A DNA stretch of 64,000 nt, from positions 4,690,691-4,754,690 of the forward strand of contig NW_003314261.1 in assembly GCF_000143415.4 (NCBI RefSeq). The letters are read 5' to 3'. The stretch is from Selaginella moellendorffii (Eukaryota; Plantae; Lycopodiophyta). The translations under genes were made by a program, and so were the position numbers. The notes beneath the pieces were generated by a model, which was given only the letters and a program-made list of their open reading frames with translations, was not told the DNA's origin and made no database searches. Shown in pieces: positions 57,142-64,000 of this stretch (position 1 is the stretch's first letter; each line of letters begins with the position of its first letter).

Positions 57142-58848
57142 ATGAGGAAAGTTGCAGGAGATAAATCAAAGGAAGAAGTAGTGCAGAGAAAGGCCGAAAA
57201 GTTATCTCGCAAGGTGGAAAAACTAAGGGACAAGCGGAACGAATATGACGAGCGTCTGCGTCAAACGGAAGCAGAGCTTTCGAATGTGTGCAAGCGAAAG
57301 GCGGGAGATCAGAATGTCTGGGACGATCTACCAAAAAAACGGGCCAAGTATGTCGACAACCGTTTTCTGGCAGAGGTGAGTGTTCCGTTTTCCATGCTAA
57401 AATGTTTATGGGAGGGAGTTCGTCATTTTGCAGAAAAGCAGCTACGATAGGCGTTTATTGGAAGTAAACAATCCGTTTGTGGACATCAAATCAGCTCCGG
57501 AGCCGCGTTATATGCCACCAGACAATGTTTCTGATGGAAAGCTCATGGACGAGGCAGCACTAACGGCAGCGGTTCAGATTCTTCTAAAGCCCGTTGCAAC
57601 GACTTGCAGACAGTTCAAAGCTAGGACGGAACTTGGAGCAAGAATTGTGCACGCTAGTATTCTTCAGAACATGAAGTTGTTGACGAGGCCTTCTTCAGAA
57701 GGAGGGAATGAAAGGCTGGCAGATTCCCAGGTTGTTGCTGGAGGAAGGGAGCAACTTCAATTGAAAGATTGTAAGTTTTTTAAATTTTTAGTTTTTGTTT
57801 TTGGTCTTGACAGATCTTCTGTAGTGCAATATGTTGATCAAGAAAGCGACGACGAAGGGGATGAAGGCATTGGTCGTTTGGTTGATCCAGATGCGCTTGT
57901 TGACCTCGACAGATACGATCTTAAGGCAAGAACGATATGACAGCTTTTAAGTATGTGGTGGTTTCTTTTCTTTTTTGCAGGGGAAAGTTCATGATATGCA
58001 ACTCCATCCAGCAAACAATTTGGTTACTGTAATCGTTATCGAGTGTGACTGGAAAGATGCTATGACAAAACTTGATCAAGGCGCCGGTTATGCTATCCGA
58101 GCAGCCAAACTGAATATGAAAAAGGGGAGATATGAACCTATTTACATACACCATTGGTGTAAAGCAGGTAATGGAGGAGCTTTCTGGTTAGGCAAAATAA
58201 GTTTTGTATGTTTCTTAGGCTGGCGTTATGGTGTATTACGACCCAGAGGTATTGTCACTGTGAAAGATGGAACAGTAGTGGATATTGTTCATCAAACGGG
58301 GATTCAAGGTTAGGCAATGAAATCTGAAGATTTATTTCTGACAAATCTATTTTAGACAAAGACAAAGCATCTCTGGACGATTTGAAGTCCAAGTTGAAAG
58401 ACTTCACAGAGATTCTTTCCGAACAATTTCCCGACGATGAATATGTGCTGGGCAGTTTAGACTTTTGTGCAAAGGTAGCTTTTCTTTCAATCATTTTCTT
58501 ACTTCATAGTTGTTTAAGGATATATGTTCTTCAGGAAATGAGCCTTCCCACAAGTCCAGACGAATTGATCAACGAAGGTGGTTTATTGTTCTTCAATTCT
58601 TTGATCCGCACATTTCTTGGAGATCGAGCACTTACCCTCACATCAGCGGACATTGAACACAACCGTGCTAAGCGGGAAGCTGCCATTGACGAAGATATTG
58701 TATATTGTATGTCTTCCATTTCAACGACTTATGGCCGATTAGCAAGAGGTACGATTCTGGTTTTTGATTGAAGGTGAAATGATTAGATTGGTACAGGGGT
58801 GAAGCAGAGGTCTCAGTCGGCATCGCAATCAGTTTTGAGTAGTTCGTA
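57142..58848 (+). CDS. Orphan multi-exon protein: N-terminal coiled coil and a possible PD-(D/E)xK-like domain
   Basis: Successive exons bounded by GT-AG; segment HDMQL..VIVIECDWK..LDQGAGYA..WRYGVL. The domain call is an inference. Confidence 0.6.
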
Positions 58849-59447
58849 AGCTCGGATACTTAACTAATCAATTTAATTTTAACATATAGAGTATCTTGAT
58901 GAAGGATTTTTGAATCCCTTATCTAGTGGTCTTGCTAGAGGCATGCTTTTTATAGCATAAGAAACTGCTTCAAGCTCCTAGATATATTATTCTTCTTGGA
59001 TCCAAAGTACTTTAATAAATCTAGGGATCATTCCGAAGAACCATAAAAAAGGACAGTAAAAACATTTACTTATGTTCCTTGTGTTTGACACCATGAACAT
59101 TAATCCAATCCTGGTAAAAGAAAACCTGCCAACTCGTGTCTGGAAGTTTTCGTGGGCAAGCCTGTGGCATCGTCTCGAGGCTTTTTGGTGACAAAGAAAC
59201 CCTCTGCTTCACTGGATGCTGAGAAACATTCACAGCCTTAGGTAGGGCGGGATTGCTTAGCAACGGGGATGTGGTGCCAGCGCCCAAAACATGATGATTA
59301 GCAGCCATTCTACTTCTATTTAGGGTTCTCCGCAAGGCTTATTTATAGAGATAAGAAAAAATTACCAAAAAAGGTCACCACAATTCAAAGGTATTATAGT
59401 AGAACTTTTGTATATAATTACAACAACAAGGTTGATGTTTTCTTTTT

Positions 59448-60831
59448 CTAACCAATCTTGGCTGATAGAGGTATTGGAATGAACGGGCCCTTGGCTTTGT
59501 CCCAGCGGAGCCAGTTCTCCTGGGCATCGATAAACTTTGGAGTGAGTAGCTGCTCCACGTCTCCATCTTTGACATGCCCGGCCCATACCACGCGGTTGAG
59601 CAGCGTACTCCCGGGGCCGGAACACCTGAGATTCAAACATTTTGGAGTAGTTTTTGATCGTCAGAAGACAAGTTCTGAGATCGAAAGCATCGGCTTGCCT
59701 GTATTCGTAGAAGGCGGCAGTCTTCTCGTTGTCCGGATTGTTCCAGTTGTTCCAGCCGACTGGCATGATGCAAGCGTCCATCCAGGTGTAAGCGAACACG
59801 ACTCTCGCGTATGGAGCCCAGGGGCGGCCCAGGTACATGTATGGCGATTTGCTCCCGGCTCCGGTGATCACACACCTGGACAAACAAAGCTCGCGATTCT
59901 GGAACGGAAGAAAAAGTTATCGATCACCTCAGGAAGACGTAGCCGGTGGTCTCGGTCGCGCTCTTTCGCTGCTGTGCGGTGATGTAGCCGCTGGATTTGC
60001 AGTGGATGTGGCAGTGCTCTAGCAGCGCGGTCGCGTTTCCAAAGATAAAGTCGCAGCTCCCTTCAATGTAGCAGTCCCGGAAGTACTGCCGTCCATAGTG
60101 AAGATAGGCCGTGTCCTGTGGATAGTTTGATTAGCGCAAAAAAAAAACGACGAGAACAAGCATTTCCTTTACAAACAGCACAGATCTTCAAAACAAAGAA
60201 AAAAACACGATGAAAGAAAAAAAAAAGGAACAAATCACAGATGAAGGAATAGAGTCGGAGTTCTAATCTTTTTTTACCTGCCATCCAAGAAAGCGGCAAC
60301 TGTAAAACGCACATCTGTCGGCGGTGACACGGATTGCCACTGCTTGGCCAGAGCCCTGTAGAAAGACTACTGTAGAAAAAAAGGAAAAAGTTCTCTGGCG
60401 AAAGATACCTTGGGTGAAGAATTCTCAAACGTGATGCCTTGTGCTATGAAATCCTCGCCCTCCACGATCACAGTGCCACAGCCAAAGGTTCCAGTCCCAA
60501 TCACTCGAGATGCCTGCAAAGGGACTAAACAATGAGGCCACGATCTTCCATAACATAATTCTATATGCAGCCTTGCCTTGTGGTGATCGATGGAAGTAGC
60601 ACAATTCCCCCAGCTGAGAATCGTGGATTCAGCGCAGCTACCGAGCAGAGTGATGAGATTCTTGGATTTCGGCACATAGATCGGCTGGCGATAGAATCCA
60701 GGCGCGACTTGGATGACAATGCGCTGCCTGTTGCACAGCGGCACCGCATCGATCGCATCCTGGACTGTGCAGTACTGACCCGATCCATCCTGCGCCACTC
60801 GCAGCACCGGGCAATCGATCGATCCTTCCAT
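59448..60831 (-). CDS. Pectin methylesterase, no signal peptide or PRO domain (PME31-like)
   Basis: VAQDGSGQYCTVQDAI, QAVAIRV, GWQDT, IEGSCDFIFGN, YLGRPW, YEYRCSGPG. Confidence 0.93.
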
Positions 60832-60932
60832 GGCGAGGGAGAAAAGAGAAACACGGGCATAGTGAAGATAAAATAAAGAGCCCTAAACCCCATTTTGAGA
60901 ACGCGGGAGAGAGCTCCTCTAGGGTTCTAGCG

Positions 60933-63125
60933 ATGGCGGATCTCTCCGTCTACGAATTCAAGGAGGAGGCGGAGGAACCTCGGCCGCGGCTAATGCGGAT
61001 GATCCGCGAGACTTGTATGTGTTCTTCTTTCTTTCTTATCGGGTATTTCGCTTCGCTTGTCTCTCTGAGGCGAGCGCCATCGTTCTAGCTGTGCAGCAGT
61101 TAGTGGAGGCGAGCGCAAGAGGAAGAAGAAGGCTGACGGTGATTGGAATCCTTCACCGGCGAGCGCTCGCAAGAACCGTGCGCCTCCTGCCGGTTCCAGC
61201 GTTGGATCGAGGACGCGATCGAAGAAAGCTGGGAATGTTGTGGAGCGGACGGACAAAGGAGTTCTTCCAGTCCTTTCCTACAAGAATGTGGTGCAGTTGG
61301 ACGATCTGGAAGAGGATGGTGCTCCATCGGTGAGGTGAGTTTCTTGCTCACTGTTTGTGTGAGAGTGGCTAATAGCTTCTCTTTGTTTCTTCAGGGAATT
61401 GGACGAGGATAAAAGAGAAAAAGAGTGAGTTCTTGCATTTCGTGTGTGTAGTTTTTTTGTCTCCCTCTAGACCTTTCAAATCCTCCCTCTTCTCTGCTAA
61501 TAGCTCCTGTTTGTTTTCTAGGAAATTGGAAGAGGGGAGGAGGGAAAGCGCAAAGGAGTAAGTTTCTTACTTTTAGTTCGTGTGATTTGCTGATTGATAG
61601 CTTCTCAGGGAACTAGAAGAGAAGTTAAGATTGAAGGAGTGGGCTCTTGTTTGCTAATAGCTTCTCTTTGTTTTTCAAGGGAACTGGAAGAGGATCGAAA
61701 GGAGGAGAGAGCAATAGAGTGAGTGTCTTTCGATTTAAACCGTGGTTCACTTCTTTCTTTACTTTCCGAAGGGAACTGAAAGCGGAGAAGCAAAGAGTGA
61801 AGGAGCAACCACGGATTCTTCTGCAAGAGGCACTAAGTATGAGCAGGTCGTGGCTTTTCCTTGGCCAGGTGCATTTCTAAAATGCCTGCCTGAATGTTAA
61901 GCTTGGTGACGATTTATTTTCTCTAACATTCTAGTCTTCTGTAGGTTGCATTCTCTTGTGTATCCACAAGATGATCCTGATCCAGTGACGATAACAAGCA
62001 ATGACATTGACTTGCTTCGACCTTCGGCGTTTCTGAATGATACCATCATAGACTTTTACATCAAGTAAGTTGCTTCTCTTCTCAACTTTCTTCTTACTGA
62101 GACTTGATGGACAGGCATTTGCAAATGACGATGTCCGACGATGAGAAGGCGAAGACTTACTTTTTCAACAGCTTTTTCTTTCCGAAGCTCGTAGATTTGA
62201 GTGCGCTCCCTGCTGACGAGGCTCGGGCTGCGTTTGCACGCCTTGAAAAGTGGACAAAGAAGGAAGACATCTTCCAGAAGGATTACATCTTTATTCCCGT
62301 GAGTAGAAGGTAATCGTACGCTGAAAATTTTTATCCTTTCTCTAAGACATTGGACTAATTTGCACAGCTTGCACTGGAGCTTGCTCGTTATTTGCTACCT
62401 AAGTGACATGCTTCCAACAGGTAACACTTTTTCACGCCTGTTTCTCGGCTCGCCATATCTTATTCTTTGACTGTGCAGATAGCGACTTACACACCGTCTC
62501 TACGAGGATTCTTCATTTTGACTCCCTCACGGGTTTTCATTCAGACATCGAACCCTTTGTCAGGAAGTTGGTATTTCTCATCGGATATATGGGTTCACGG
62601 GCCTAACATCGTTTCAGCTACCTCTGGCAGGAATGGAACAGGAGAAAAACAAGTGAGAAAGAGGATCGTAAGTATCATTTTGATCAAATCAAGTTCGTTA
62701 GAGTGGAGGTAACCGTGTTTTGAGTATCATAGGCTTCACTGTAATAGCATTGCGATTTCAGGTACCCCAGCAAGACAACCTGCACGACTGCGGTCTGTTT
62801 CTTTTGCACTACGTCGAGTTGTTCCTCGAGAGATGCTTCACGTCTAAGAGCAGTTTGTCGCTGGTAAGCGTCCTTGATTCTTATCCTTTCGGTTATCGAC
62901 ACGCAATGCACTGCACAGATCACAGTGAACTGGTTTGATCCTGCCGAGGCGTCGGCAAAACGGTTCCAACTACTGCGGCTGATTCACGGAATGCTTACGG
63001 CCAAGCTGGATTCGCAAGGGGAGAGCAATCCTTCTCCGATCCACTTGTGGAAGCACGGGAACGATCTAAACTCCTCACCAGACGATGCCGAGGAGCTCGT
63101 CATGTTTCACGGCTCATCTCCTTGA
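60933..63125 (+). CDS. Ulp1/C48 SUMO protease (ULP2-like)
   Basis: LNDTIIDFYIK, FFNSFF, DIFQKDYIFIPV, HWSLLVIC, LHFDSL, VPQQDNLHDCGLFLLHY (catalytic His-Asp-Cys). Confidence 0.92.
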
Positions 63126-63339
63126 GAGCGTAGCGTAAGTTTCTCTTTCTTGTCTTGACAACAACCAAGCTAATATCTCGAAGTTTTTGGTTGCAGGAGA
63201 GACTGTGTACAGACCTCTTTGTACAGAAATTTTTTTGACGACAACAATAAGAGCTTTTTCCTTTTTCTTTACAAATGCCAAAGAGGATTATTTTCCAGAC
63301 AAGAAGAGAGTGGAGGAAGAAAAAAAAAAAAAGAAGGTA

Positions 63340-64000
63340 TCATTGTTTATACACCGAAGCCGTGTTCTTATTCGACAGTTGTTGATGGTGGTGGTGATGA
63401 TGGTGGTGATGGTGTTGTTGTAGCAGGGACTGCTGTGACGACGGAGACGATGCCGACAGGATCTGTTGCCTCTCCTTAAGGCTCCCAATGGTAGCAGCGG
63501 CACCACTGTCGGCCGAGTTGCTACAGGGGGACACATCCTGCTCGTGCTGCTCCGGCCTGTCCCAGATCGTGATGTGCCCCTCGTGGCAAGCCGTGAGCAC
63601 CGACTCCTGCGTGAACACCAGCCCCGACAGTGGCTCCGGATGGAGCCTGTGCGCCATGATGGGAGCGAGCTTTGGTACCTCCTTTCTCAGCGGGGCCGGC
63701 TGGAGACTGGTTGGATCGTGGTACTGCGCGGCCGACGTCTGTGAGCCGGCCAGGCCCCCCGGTGATGAGCCGGGGGCTGCTAGCTTCCGGAATGGCATCA
63801 CCACCTCGTCCATTGCCAGGTCCCACAGCAGTAATTGTGTGTCCTTGCGAAGTTGACAACGAGGTCTTAGTTCTGTATCCATTTTGCTAGAATCGAAGCT
63901 TGTTTTATCACTTACCTGGCCAACGGAACCGAAGCGATACGTTGTCGTGCCACCGTCGTCCGCCGGCGGCGTCCAGTATGGATCAAACGCGACTTGACTC
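63340..64000 (-). CDS. WD40 protein (WDR20/DMWD-like), 3' part; 5' end outside the window
   Basis: DTQLLLWDL, PKLAPIMAHRLHPEPLSGLVFTQESVLTACHEGHITIWDRP; His-rich tail. Confidence 0.85.
   Translation of the reverse strand, partial: SQVAFDPYWTPPADDGGTTTYRFGSVGQVSDKTSFDSSKMDTELRPRCQLRKDTQLLLWDLAMDEVVMPFRKLAAPGSSPGGLAGSQTSAAQYHDPTSLQPAPLRKEVPKLAPIMAHRLHPEPLSGLVFTQESVLTACHEGHITIWDRPEQHEQDVSPCSNSADSGAAATIGSLKERQQILSASSPSSQQSLLQQHHHHHHHHHHQQLSNKNTASVYKQ

Overview
Eukaryotic land-plant nuclear DNA. The very short GT-AG introns (mostly ~45-110 nt), tight gene spacing and PLS-class PPR genes suggest a lycophyte such as Selaginella (inference). Layout: (1) 1-3250 holds a PsbP-like (PPL1) gene, an F-box/LRR gene and a scrambled PPR relic. 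(2) ~3300-27740 is a ~24-kb nested retroelement island. A LINE is split by a 16.3-kb circularly permuted LTR element (B). B hosts a solo LTR, a full-length Ty3/Gypsy chromovirus (A), a TRIM (D) and a captured fragment of a third repeat (C). (3) 27769-64000 is gene-dense: PPR, cyclic-nucleotide-binding protein, CDC20, mTERF, DUF1279, CYP71-clan P450, SAM methyltransferase, PLAC8, EXS, tandem SLC35F copies, PPR pseudogenes, an orphan gene, PME, Ulp1 SUMO protease and a WD40 protein. Most striking: chromovirus A has two frame-breaking canonical spliceosomal-type introns inside integrase, plus a candidate gag-terminating intron, implying splice-controlled Gag/Pol/integrase/chromodomain output. Element B looks like a re-integrated 1-LTR circle. 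All exon boundaries were read by eye and some are approximate; no database searches were run.
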